DNA of 63,158 nt, the filler included. It is 4 parts of 4 records of this genome, joined end to end, with 100 filler letters (N's around TTAATTAATTAA, not from the genome) between each part and the next. Parts side by side here need not be neighbours in the genome. Positions count along the whole stretch, not along the records: positions 32,883 to 57,899 come from DRR378314_46; positions 58,000 to 63,158 come from DRR378314_66; 2 more parts are not named here. One strand, 5' to 3'. The position numbers and the translations under genes were made by a program. The notes beneath the pieces are model-generated. The model was not told the origin of the DNA and did not search any database. It saw only the letters and a program-made list of their open reading frames with translations. Of the stretch, positions 49,621 through 59,074 are shown piece by piece (position 1 is the first letter of the stretch; the number at the start of each line of letters is the position of its first letter).

Positions 49621-50685
49621 CTAGCCGTTGCGGTGTAAGAAATAAATACCTACCGCCGCACAGGCAAGAGTTGGCACCAACACCGCCCACACAGGCGAAA
49701 AACCAAAGATGGTTGATGCAGGTGCCAGCAGGTCTTGTACATACTTAAATACAAGGCCGGTCACCACGCCATAAAACACTCGCGTACCTGCAGCCACCGT
49801 GCGTAGTGGGCCAAACACAAAGGAAGCGGCGATTAATACCAGTGATCCCATCGTTAGCGGCATCAGCACCTTTTGCCAGAAATAGAGCAGCGGTTGGTCA
49901 GCTTGGAGGTTTTGGCTTTGCAAAAAGTTGGCGTACGCCCACAGCTCACTAGGCGCCTGACTTTCGACATCACGCAGCAAGCGTTCCAATTGGGTGGGCG
50001 TTAACGCAGTATCCCAACCTGCATATTGCTGATATTCCGACTCTGTATGGTCATCAAAAATATGCGTAGTGGTAACGCCTTCCAACTGCCATGCGCCTTC
50101 CTCCCAATGCGCGCGATTCGCATGGGTAGCCTCAATTAGCCGACGCTCATCAAAACGATAGCGGGTTAAATCCAGCACCACGTTATCCGCACGAATAGCG
50201 CCAAAGCGATACACACTTTCTCCTTCAAACTGCCAACCACTTCGGCTAGTTAGCAGCGCCCCTTCCCCCTGGCGCTGTTCTAAACGCCATGCCTCGGCAA
50301 ACTGCTCCGTACGGGGAGATACAAACTCGGCGACCAGCAGCACCACTACGACCACTAATAGCACCGGCTTCATGACACCCCAGACAATCCGCGCAAGCGA
50401 CCGGCCAGCGGCACGCATCACCGTTAACTCGTTGCTGGATGCCATGCTCCCCATGCCAATCAGCGCGCCAATCAACACCGCTACCGGAGCATATTGATAA
50501 AATCGCCAAGGCAGGCGCATGCCCAGATAAATCAACACATCTAACGCGGTATAGTTACCTTGGGTGTCGCCTAAATCACCGATATAGGCGATGGTGATGT
50601 CCAAGCCAAGCAGGACGAACTGGACGACAATGATGGCCGCCAACACATTGCGGGCAATATAACGATCAAGACGATCAGCAAGCAT
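49621..50685 (-). CDS. lptG: LPS export ABC permease LptG
   Basis: LDRYIAR, SELTVMRAAG-like SNELTVMRAAG and FGPLR. Confidence 0.94.
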   Translation of the reverse strand: MLADRLDRYIARNVLAAIIVVQFVLLGLDITIAYIGDLGDTQGNYTALDVLIYLGMRLPWRFYQYAPVAVLIGALIGMGSMASSNELTVMRAAGRSLARIVWGVMKPVLLVVVVVLLVAEFVSPRTEQFAEAWRLEQRQGEGALLTSRSGWQFEGESVYRFGAIRADNVVLDLTRYRFDERRLIEATHANRAHWEEGAWQLEGVTTTHIFDDHTESEYQQYAGWDTALTPTQLERLLRDVESQAPSELWAYANFLQSQNLQADQPLLYFWQKVLMPLTMGSLVLIAASFVFGPLRTVAAGTRVFYGVVTGLVFKYVQDLLAPASTIFGFSPVWAVLVPTLACAAVGIYFLHRNG

Positions 50686-50700
50686 GAATTAGCCCCTTCA

Positions 50701-51780
50701 TTAGCGCATTCCTTTACGTTGCGAGTGCCATAGCAGCAGGCAGCCAAGCGCCAAAAACAGCCCGTGTACCGGCCAAACCCCCAGCGCAACTTCCAGCGCG
50801 CCCTTACCGACCGCATCCACCGCGGCCAATAGCAGGCTTAAATAAGCGACGTAAAGAAAAACGGCAGGCAGTAGTTTGGCAAACCGCCCCTGACGAGGGT
50901 TTACTCTGGAAAGCGGCTGGGCTAGCAATGCCAAAACAAACACCATTAGCGGTAACCCCGCTCGCCACTGAAATTGCGCTTGGGCACGAGGACTGGGGTC
51001 GTTCCATAGTTCAGTCGTGGTCGCGTACTCTAAAGCATCCAGCTCTTGTCGATTCCGACTCAAGCCCAGGCGTAATGTGTAGCGTTCAAACGTTAACCGC
51101 TCGGCAGCTTGTTTACCTGGCGTTACGCCATAGCGCTCGCCATCCTCCAGCACTAGAAAACGGCTGCCGGTTTCCATACTGGTTTCTTGATAACCAGAAC
51201 CCGCCCGGGTCACGTAGCTATGGGTCTTTTCCGCCCCAGCCACAGGCTGCTCATGAACCAGCACTTCCTGCATTTCAGTGCCATCGCTGCTGAAATCGCT
51301 GATGTAAGCGGTGCGCCCTCCACCGAAATCCTGGAAACGCCCAGGCGCCAGTACTGACACATCCAATCGGCTGCGCTGCTCTTCAAGCGTGGCCTCAGTT
51401 TGTAACGCGCCCGCCGGTGTTAGCCACAAACTACACAGCCCCACCAGCACTGCCACGACCGAAGCAGGCAGCAGCGTTACTCGCAACAGCCGCATAGGGC
51501 TCATACCACACGCTACCATCACGGTAATTTCACTGTTCATATAAAGCTGACCATAGGCCAGCAATATTCCCAGGAAAAAAGATAGCGGTAGAATCAGCTC
51601 CATAAATCCTGGCAGGTGAAAAACCATCAGGCTGCCTAAGATAGTGACCGGAATGTCACCCTCTGCCGCATCAGAGAAATAGCGAATAAAACGGCTGCCC
51701 ATGATGACCAGTAGCAAAATTCCAGCCACCGCTGACATCGTAAGTAATACTTCGCGAGTTAAGTACCGAAATAAAATCAA
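50701..51780 (-). CDS. lptF: LPS export ABC permease LptF
   Basis: MILFRYL.REV, SEITVM.ACG and LSRVNPRQGRF. Divergent from pepA. Confidence 0.94.
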   Translation of the reverse strand: MILFRYLTREVLLTMSAVAGILLLVIMGSRFIRYFSDAAEGDIPVTILGSLMVFHLPGFMELILPLSFFLGILLAYGQLYMNSEITVMVACGMSPMRLLRVTLLPASVVAVLVGLCSLWLTPAGALQTEATLEEQRSRLDVSVLAPGRFQDFGGGRTAYISDFSSDGTEMQEVLVHEQPVAGAEKTHSYVTRAGSGYQETSMETGSRFLVLEDGERYGVTPGKQAAERLTFERYTLRLGLSRNRQELDALEYATTTELWNDPSPRAQAQFQWRAGLPLMVFVLALLAQPLSRVNPRQGRFAKLLPAVFLYVAYLSLLLAAVDAVGKGALEVALGVWPVHGLFLALGCLLLWHSQRKGMR

Positions 51781-51850
51781 CGCACTCTCCGGCTAGTAGC
51801 GCAGGTTGCAATGCAATGCGCCCATGGCTTGGGTACACTAATCAAACTGC

Positions 51851-51889
51851 TATCAAAAACCTGTTATCAAAAACCGATTATCAAAAACC
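51851..51889. repeat. Three TATCAAAAACC direct repeats, 14-bp period
   Basis: Exact copies at 51851, 51865 and 51879 in the lptF/pepA intergenic region. Confidence 0.9.
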
Positions 51890-51943
51890 CAAGTAACGGG
51901 GCATTATCCCGAATCACTCGATGCTTGTCTTGTTGGAGACGTC

Positions 51944-53464
51944 ATGGAATTTTCCGTTCAGACCGCGAACCCAGCCAAAGCCGAAACGGCTTGCCTCGTT
52001 TTGCCTGTCTTTAAAGGTAGCGACCTATTGCCCGCCGTCGCCAAATTAGATGATGCGAGCGAACGGCTAATTGGCCAGCTGCTTGACCGTGGCGACTTTG
52101 ATGCCTCGCTGGGCAATGTGCAGCTAGTTCCCTTTGCGCCGGGCCTGGGCGCCGAACGTTTATTGCTTGTTGGCCTAGGCGAACGTGCCAAATGCCAGGA
52201 AGCGGCGTTTATCAAAGCCTTAGACGCTGCCATGGCAGCGTTGACCAAGCTGCCAATTGACGAAGCTAGCGCTACCTTTACCGACGTTCCTCTAGAAGAT
52301 CGCGACACTGCTTGGAAAGCCCGTAAAACACTCGAAGCGGCGGAACGCGCTGTTTATCGCTTTGACCAGTTCAAATCATCACCCACAAAAGCTCCCAGCC
52401 TGACCAAGCTGGATCTGATTGTCAGCGATGCCGACGAAGCACCGATGGCCAAACAAGGTGCAGCACTGGGCACCGCCATTGGCCAGGGTATCAACGTTAC
52501 TCGTACCTTGGGCAACTTGCCGGGTAATGTCTGCACACCTCGTTATCTTGCCGAGCAAGCCGAGCAGCTAGGCCGTGATTCCCAAGGCGCCCTTGAGGTT
52601 GAAATCTTAGATGAAGAGGCGCTGGAAGCGCTGGGCGCTGGCTCACTGCTGTCTGTTGGGCGCGGTAGCCAAGAGCCGACTCGCCTGATCGTGATGAAAT
52701 ACCAGGGTGCGGAAAATCCTGAAGAAGCGCCCCATGTGCTCGTGGGCAAAGGCATCACCTTCGATACCGGTGGTATCTCGTTGAAGCCCGGCGAAGGCAT
52801 GGATGAAATGAAGTTCGACATGGGCGGTGCGGCGAGCGTATTCGGCACCGTAAAAGCAGTGCTCGCCATTAAGCCCAAGCTAAATGTGGTGTTTATTGTT
52901 GCCGCTGCTGAAAACATGCCTGACGGCGCAGCCACCAAGCCCGGCGACATTATCAAAACCCTGAAAGGCTTGACGGTTGAAGTGCTCAACACCGATGCCG
53001 AAGGCCGTTTGGTGCTGTGCGATGCGCTTACCTACGCAGAGCGCTTTACCCCGGCTAGCGTGGTTGATATTGCCACCCTCACTGGCGCGGTCATTATCGG
53101 CCTTGGCCATCACGCAACGGGGCTGCTTTCCAACGATGATGATCTGGCACTCGACCTGCTGGACGCTGGCGAAGCGGCTTGGGATCGTGCTTGGCATCTG
53201 CCTCTTTGGGATGAATATCAGGAACAGCTAGATTCCAACTTCGCCGACTTGGCCAATATTGGTGGCCGCCCGGCAGGCACCATTACCGCAGCGTGTTTCC
53301 TGTCGCGCTTTGCCGATCACTTCCCCTGGGCGCATTTGGATATCGCTGGCACCGCCTGGCACTCTGGCAAGCAAAAAGGCGCTACCGGCCGCCCGGTTGG
53401 GCTACTAACCCAGTACTTGCTTGATCGTGAGGCCGATGCACAAGTAGAAAATAGCGACGGCTAA
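51944..53464 (+). CDS. pepA: Leucyl aminopeptidase (M17)
   Basis: VGKGITFDTGG, MKFDMGG, NTDAEGRL, ATLTGA and HLDIAG. Confidence 0.97.
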   Translation: MEFSVQTANPAKAETACLVLPVFKGSDLLPAVAKLDDASERLIGQLLDRGDFDASLGNVQLVPFAPGLGAERLLLVGLGERAKCQEAAFIKALDAAMAALTKLPIDEASATFTDVPLEDRDTAWKARKTLEAAERAVYRFDQFKSSPTKAPSLTKLDLIVSDADEAPMAKQGAALGTAIGQGINVTRTLGNLPGNVCTPRYLAEQAEQLGRDSQGALEVEILDEEALEALGAGSLLSVGRGSQEPTRLIVMKYQGAENPEEAPHVLVGKGITFDTGGISLKPGEGMDEMKFDMGGAASVFGTVKAVLAIKPKLNVVFIVAAAENMPDGAATKPGDIIKTLKGLTVEVLNTDAEGRLVLCDALTYAERFTPASVVDIATLTGAVIIGLGHHATGLLSNDDDLALDLLDAGEAAWDRAWHLPLWDEYQEQLDSNFADLANIGGRPAGTITAACFLSRFADHFPWAHLDIAGTAWHSGKQKGATGRPVGLLTQYLLDREADAQVENSDG

Positions 53465-53616
53465 CATCACAATCAGACGATCAACAGTTGCCATTCGTTG
53501 ACGTAAACGTTACATCTAAGGGCATTAGCGTGCGTGCTGTTTTCAGGTCGCACGCTACACCATATAAACACTAACACTTGCCCTTCGGGGCCAAGCTATA
53601 GCGGAGAGAAAACGCC

Positions 53617-54738
53617 GTGCCCACAGCTTCAGATACCCAACTTGAATCACATTTTGAAATACTGCCGTCCAACCAACCGATGGCCGATGAGATTCGTGAC
53701 AGCATTCTGCAAAACCCAGGTTTTGGTAAGTATTTCACTGACCATATGGCTCACGTCCGCTGGACAGTCGACGCCGGCTGGCACGGCCACCAAGTACGCC
53801 CTTATGGCCCATTAACCCTCGACCCAGCGGCCTCGGTGTTGCACTACGGCCAGGAAATTTTTGAAGGGGTTAAAGCTTACCGCCATGCTGATGGCTCCAT
53901 CTGGACGTTCCGCCCAGAGAAAAACGCCGAGCGTTTTCGCCGCAGCGCCCGCCGATTAGCGTTGCCGGAGCTTTCCGATGAAGATTTCATCGGTTCACTG
54001 AAAGCACTGCTGGCCCAAGACCATGCCTGGGTACCCACACCTTCCAGCGATACCGACGAGTGCAGCCTCTATCTGCGACCGTTTATGATCGCTTCGGAAG
54101 CTTTTTTAGGCGTCCGTGCGGCTCACGAAGTGGATTACTACGTGATTGCCTCCCCTGCAGCGGCCTACTTCAAAGGTGGCCTTAAACCAGTTTCCATTTG
54201 GCTCTCTTCCCACTACAAGCGCGCGGCCCCCGGCGGTACCGGCTTTGCCAAGTGTGGCGGTAACTACGCGGCATCGTTGGCAGCGCAACAAGAAGCCACG
54301 GCCAATGGTTGCGGCCAAGTTGCGTTTTTGGATGCTGCCGAAAACAAGTGGCTCGAAGAGCTGGGCGGCATGAACCTGTTCTTCGTCTATAAGGACGGAC
54401 GTCTGGTAACGCCTCGACTAACCGATACCATTCTGGAAGGCGTGACCCGCAACTCCGTGCTTACCCTGGCAAAAGAGGCTGGTTTAACACCGGAAGAGCG
54501 CGCCATCAGCATTGATGAATGGCGCGAAGGTGCAGCGTCTGGCGAGATTACCGAAGTGTTTGCCTGCGGCACCGCAGCGGTTATCACCCCGATTGGCGAA
54601 CTGGTTACTGAAAACGAGCGCATTCGCTTACAGGGCGATGGCAGCAACGACATTGCCATGCGCCTGCGCAAAAAACTGCTCGACATACAGTATGGCCACA
54701 GCGAAGACAAACACGGCTGGCTCACCCGGTTGGTATAA
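53617..54738 (+). CDS. ilvE: Branched-chain amino acid aminotransferase
   Basis: LHYGQEIFEG.KAY, LYLRPF, AKCGGNYAASL (PLP Lys), ILEGVTR and GTAAVI. Confidence 0.93.
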   Translation: MPTASDTQLESHFEILPSNQPMADEIRDSILQNPGFGKYFTDHMAHVRWTVDAGWHGHQVRPYGPLTLDPAASVLHYGQEIFEGVKAYRHADGSIWTFRPEKNAERFRRSARRLALPELSDEDFIGSLKALLAQDHAWVPTPSSDTDECSLYLRPFMIASEAFLGVRAAHEVDYYVIASPAAAYFKGGLKPVSIWLSSHYKRAAPGGTGFAKCGGNYAASLAAQQEATANGCGQVAFLDAAENKWLEELGGMNLFFVYKDGRLVTPRLTDTILEGVTRNSVLTLAKEAGLTPEERAISIDEWREGAASGEITEVFACGTAAVITPIGELVTENERIRLQGDGSNDIAMRLRKKLLDIQYGHSEDKHGWLTRLV

Positions 54739-54771
54739 AACAGCCGGAGTAAATCGGCTGGTATGACCCAG

Positions 54772-54805
54772 AGCTTCGCCGCCGCACAGCGGAGGCGAAG
54801 CTTTT
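54772..54805 (+). terminator. Terminator after ilvE
   Basis: AGCTTCGCC...GGCGAAGCT stem followed by TTTT. Confidence 0.7.
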
Positions 54806-54833
54806 AAGCGTGTTAACACCGCTGGAGCCTTTG

Positions 54834-55265
54834 ATGGCACGTATCGATTTTTATATCCTTCCTGACACTACCCTGGAAGCGCGCCTCCAGTTTGCTTGCA
54901 AGCTAGCCGAAACCATCCATCGCAAAGGCTATCGGTTGCATCTGCACTGCGAAGATAAAGCCCTGGCCGAACAGGCCGATGAGGCCCTTTGGCAGTTCCG
55001 TGAAGATGCCTACCTACCCCACGCGCTGGAAGACAGCGACATGGCCGCTAGCGTGCCGATTACGCTTGGTTGGCAGCAACTCCCCGTGCCAACGCAAGAA
55101 ACCGCACTGCTGAACTTGCACCCTGACATTCCCGACGGCGTGGAACACTACGCCCGCATTGCCGAAATTATCAATCAGCACCAACAAGTATTGGTCGCCA
55201 AACGCGCCTGCTGGCAGCGCTATAAAGAAATGGGTCATGAAGTGGTGCCGCATAAGTTGGGGTAA
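54834..55265 (+). CDS. holC: DNA polymerase III chi subunit
   Basis: MARIDFYIL...ACKLAE...DEALWQF..DAYLPH. ATG 54834 with a GGAG RBS. Confidence 0.93.
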   Translation: MARIDFYILPDTTLEARLQFACKLAETIHRKGYRLHLHCEDKALAEQADEALWQFREDAYLPHALEDSDMAASVPITLGWQQLPVPTQETALLNLHPDIPDGVEHYARIAEIINQHQQVLVAKRACWQRYKEMGHEVVPHKLG

Positions 55266-55346
55266 CCTTTTTACCATCTGGCCACTGATGCATAGCCACT
55301 TACACTAGCGCCATACATAACAACAACTCAGCGGAAGAGTCACCCA

Positions 55347-56567
55347 ATGCGCTTTCCCACTCGGCTTGCATCCACCCAATCTTCCCATGCTTTTTTAGCG
55401 CGCGCCCCATTAGCGGTAATTGTCATTGCCCAGCTGTTTGGAACATCGCTCTGGTTCAGCGTTAACGGCGTTGGGCTGGCGCTTCAACAAGCCGTTGGTT
55501 TGAGTGAAAGTGACCTGGGGCTGCTCACCATTGCGGTGCAAGCAGGTTTTATTACCGGCACGCTGTTGATTGCTACCACTGGGCTTGCCGACCGCGTACG
55601 TGCCAGCCACTTGTTCGCTATATCTGCAGTAGCAGGCGCGCTGATTAACGCAGCGTTTATTGGCTTGGCCGAGAGCGTCAGCTTAGCGGTAGCAGCACGC
55701 TTTTTGGTCGGGCTGTGCCTTGCCGGTATTTATCCGCTCGGCATGAAATTGGTGGTGAGCTGGACACCCAACAACGCAGGCGCGGCGCTGGGCTGGTTGG
55801 TCGGCATGCTGACACTGGGCATTGCTTCTCCGCATCTACTGCGCGGATTAACGCTGCACTTGCCATGGCAGTGGCCGCTGTTGCTGGCCTCTGCCCTGGC
55901 ACTGCTCGCCGCACTGATGATTTTTAAACTAGGCGTGGGGCCACATCTGCCCGCCAAAGCCAGCGGCGGACGCCCTTGGGCGGGACTGGCTGCCTTCAAG
56001 CAAAAACACTTCCGCGCTGCGGCGCTGGGCTACTTTGGCCACTGCTGGGAGCTATACGCCCTGTGGGCGCTGGTACCTTTTTTAGTTGCTAGAGAGCTGG
56101 AACGCCTACACGCAGCGCCGGGCCTTCAGCCATGGCTAAGTTTTGCGGTGATTGCGTTGGGCCTGCCTGGCTGCGTATGGGCTGGCCGCTGGAGCCGCCG
56201 AGTGGGCAGCGCGCGAGTGGCCTTTGTGGCGCTAGCGACCTCCGGCACGCTTTGTTTGCTCTATCCGCTATTAGGCAGCACATCACCCTGGCTACTGCTA
56301 ACCCTGTTAGGGATTTGGGGCATTAGCGTGATTGCCGATTCCGCGCAGTTTTCCGCGCTGGCGTCAGCCGCCGCCCCACCCGAGCGCCTCGGCGCGGCAC
56401 TTGCCATGATGAATGCTATTGGTTTTGGCCTAACGATTCCTTCTATTGCCCTAGTCACTGCCCTGTGGGCCAGCCAAGGTCCCTGGGTAATCTGGTGGCT
56501 ACTGCCTGGCCCAGTACTTGGATTAATCGCCATGCGTGGTTTGAATGTTCGTGCCACACACCCCTGA
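55347..56567 (+). CDS. MFS transporter
   Basis: About 12 hydrophobic segments with SLWFS, AVQAGF, GIYPLGMK, GYFGHCWELYA and DSAQFS. Confidence 0.88.
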   Translation: MRFPTRLASTQSSHAFLARAPLAVIVIAQLFGTSLWFSVNGVGLALQQAVGLSESDLGLLTIAVQAGFITGTLLIATTGLADRVRASHLFAISAVAGALINAAFIGLAESVSLAVAARFLVGLCLAGIYPLGMKLVVSWTPNNAGAALGWLVGMLTLGIASPHLLRGLTLHLPWQWPLLLASALALLAALMIFKLGVGPHLPAKASGGRPWAGLAAFKQKHFRAAALGYFGHCWELYALWALVPFLVARELERLHAAPGLQPWLSFAVIALGLPGCVWAGRWSRRVGSARVAFVALATSGTLCLLYPLLGSTSPWLLLTLLGIWGISVIADSAQFSALASAAAPPERLGAALAMMNAIGFGLTIPSIALVTALWASQGPWVIWWLLPGPVLGLIAMRGLNVRATHP

Positions 56568-56630
56568 CGCCAGGGGGTCGTTCGCGGTATACTTGCCACC
56601 ATTTTTTTGCAAGCCGTGAGCCGACTCCCC

Positions 56631-57899
56631 ATGGAAAAGACCTACCAACCCGAACAGATCGAAACCCGCTGGTACGAACGCTGGGAAGCCGACAACCGCT
56701 TCGCCCCAACAGGCCGCGGTAAGCCGTTTTCGATCATGATTCCGCCGCCTAACGTGACCGGCAGCCTGCACATGGGCCACGCGTTCCAGGACACCATTAT
56801 GGATACCCTGACGCGCTGGAAGCGGATGCAGGGCAACAACACCCTGTGGCAGGTAGGCACCGACCACGCAGGTATCGCCACCCAGATGCTGGTCGAGCGT
56901 AAAATTGCCGCGGAAGAAGGCAAAACCCGCCACGACCTGGGCCGCGATGCGTTTATCGACAAGGTGTGGGAGTGGAAAGAGGAGTCCGGCGGCCACATCA
57001 CCCGCCAGTTGCGCCGCATGGGCGCCAGCGTTGATTGGTCCCGCGAGCGCTTCACCATGGATGACGGCTTCTATAAAGCTGTGCAAGAAGTGTTCGTGCG
57101 CTTGCACGAAGAAAAGCTGATCTACCGTGGCAAACGCCTGGTTAACTGGGACCCTACCCTACACACCGCCATTTCCGACCTGGAAGTGGAAAACAAAGAT
57201 CAGCAGGGCAGCTTCTGGCACTTCCGCTACCCACTGGCCGATGGCGTCAAAACCACCGATGGTAAAGATTATCTGGTCGTGGCAACCACTCGCCCCGAAA
57301 CCTTACTAGGCGATACGGGTGTCGCGGTTAACCCCGACGATGCTCGCTATGCCTCGTTGGTCGGCAAATTTATCGAATTGCCGCTAGTCGGCCGCCGCAT
57401 TCCTATCGTTGCCGACGAGCACGCCGATATGGAAAAAGGCTCCGGCTGCGTGAAGATCACTCCGGCCCACGACTTCAATGACTACGAAGTCGGCAAGCGC
57501 CAGAACCACCTGCTGATCAATGTATTCACCAAGGATGCCACCATCCTTGAGCGCGCTGAAATCTTTGACCTGAAAGGCACTCCCCAGCCCGACGAAGACG
57601 CCAGCCTACCCGCCAAGTACGCAGGGTTGGACCGTTTTGAAGCGCGTAAGCAGATTGTGGCCGATATGGACGCCCTGGGCCTTTTGGAACAGGTAGAAGC
57701 CGTCAACAACACCCTGCCCTATGGCGACCGTTCTGGCGATGTAATCGAGCCATTGCTCACTGATCAATGGTTCGTTGCGGTAGAAACGCTAGCCAAACCC
57801 GCCATTGAAGCGGTGGAAAACGGCGATATCCAGTTCGTGCCGAAGAACTACGAAAATATGTATTTCGCCTGGATGCGCGACCTGCAGGACTGGTGCATT
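56631..57899 (+). CDS. valS: Valine--tRNA ligase (3'-truncated by the contig edge)
   Basis: [18 protein letters not shown] (HIGH), [20 protein letters not shown] and DWCI. Confidence 0.98.
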
Positions 57900-57999
57900 N
57901 NNNNNNNNNNNNNNNNNNNNNNNNNNNNNNNNNNNNNNNNNNNTTAATTAATTAANNNNNNNNNNNNNNNNNNNNNNNNNNNNNNNNNNNNNNNNNNNN
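57900..57999. other. Artificial contig spacer
   Basis: N-run + TTAATTAATTAA (57944-57955) + N-run. Confidence 0.99.
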
Positions 58000-59074
58000 C
58001 CTGTCCGAGAGCAGAATGCCCGATCGCACAGCGGCATTTGAGAAGACTTTTGTGCTTGACCGAGTGTCGCAGTTCAACCCCGAGGCGGTTGCCAGCAGCC
58101 CTTCGAACCGCCTTTCACCGCTCCGACAGGTAGCCGAAAATGCGGTGACGATTGATACAGTTGAAGCAAGAAAACATGAAAAAATCGACACGATAAGTGA
58201 GCTGAGAAATAGCCCGGAATACACGCCAAGGTACGGCGACTTGCACTGCACAGGTTCCGTGTCTGGATATCTCTCGGCGGGCTTGTGTCTCGAAGCCGCG
58301 TCGGCAATGCGCGGCGAAATCCCGCTGCTGTTCGGGATAAAAACTGATTTTATCTAGCACCAACTATTCTTTTTGGATCAATTGGAGGATCAAGATATGT
58401 GGCGTATTAAAGCAGCTTCCTATGGTTTCTTTCCGGAGGCCAGGTACTGTAGACGCGCAATATTCGCTTCACGATTCCACTGAGTGAGCCATTGTTGAAC
58501 CGCCGCTGATCGCCGTACACAGAACGAGGAAGCGGATGACCTCGGTGATGTACTTATCGTACATGACACGAGGTCGTGATACTCAGGGCGGACACGAATG
58601 AAGCACACGGCGCAACGCAAGACGCGAGACCAAGTGAAGTTTCGCCTGTGACAGAGTCGCACAGTTTTGTTGCGTGTATTGCGTACCTGTGCTTCGCAAA
58701 CGCTCGATGGGTAAGATCGCACGAGGATGCCCACAATGGGAGCTGAGCACGCATGGTCGCTGCTGAGCAGGCAGATTTCTTGTATTTCAGGCCATCAATA
58801 GCTCCATATTCGAGAACAACGTCAAAAACAAGAAATGTACTCGTCTTTGCTACAGTAATTGATCGGGTCACTCATCCTCTGCGTGGACTGCACGAGCGAG
58901 GAGGAAGACGAGCGAGAGACGATACTGCCATGACGACGCAGCGCAGAAACAGCCCGTTTGCTTCGCGCGCGTTCCTGCCATTTCGATTCTCTCTCCACTG
59001 AGCTTGAAACAATAAAACACCCAACCCAACAGCGTGCTTTCTTGTATCACTCCTTCTTGCGGTTACACTTGTGA

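Noticed and set aside
58000-59000. Possible second eukaryotic gene downstream of the hexosaminidase
   Set aside because: Short ORFs on both strands with no recognisable homology or consistent exon chain.
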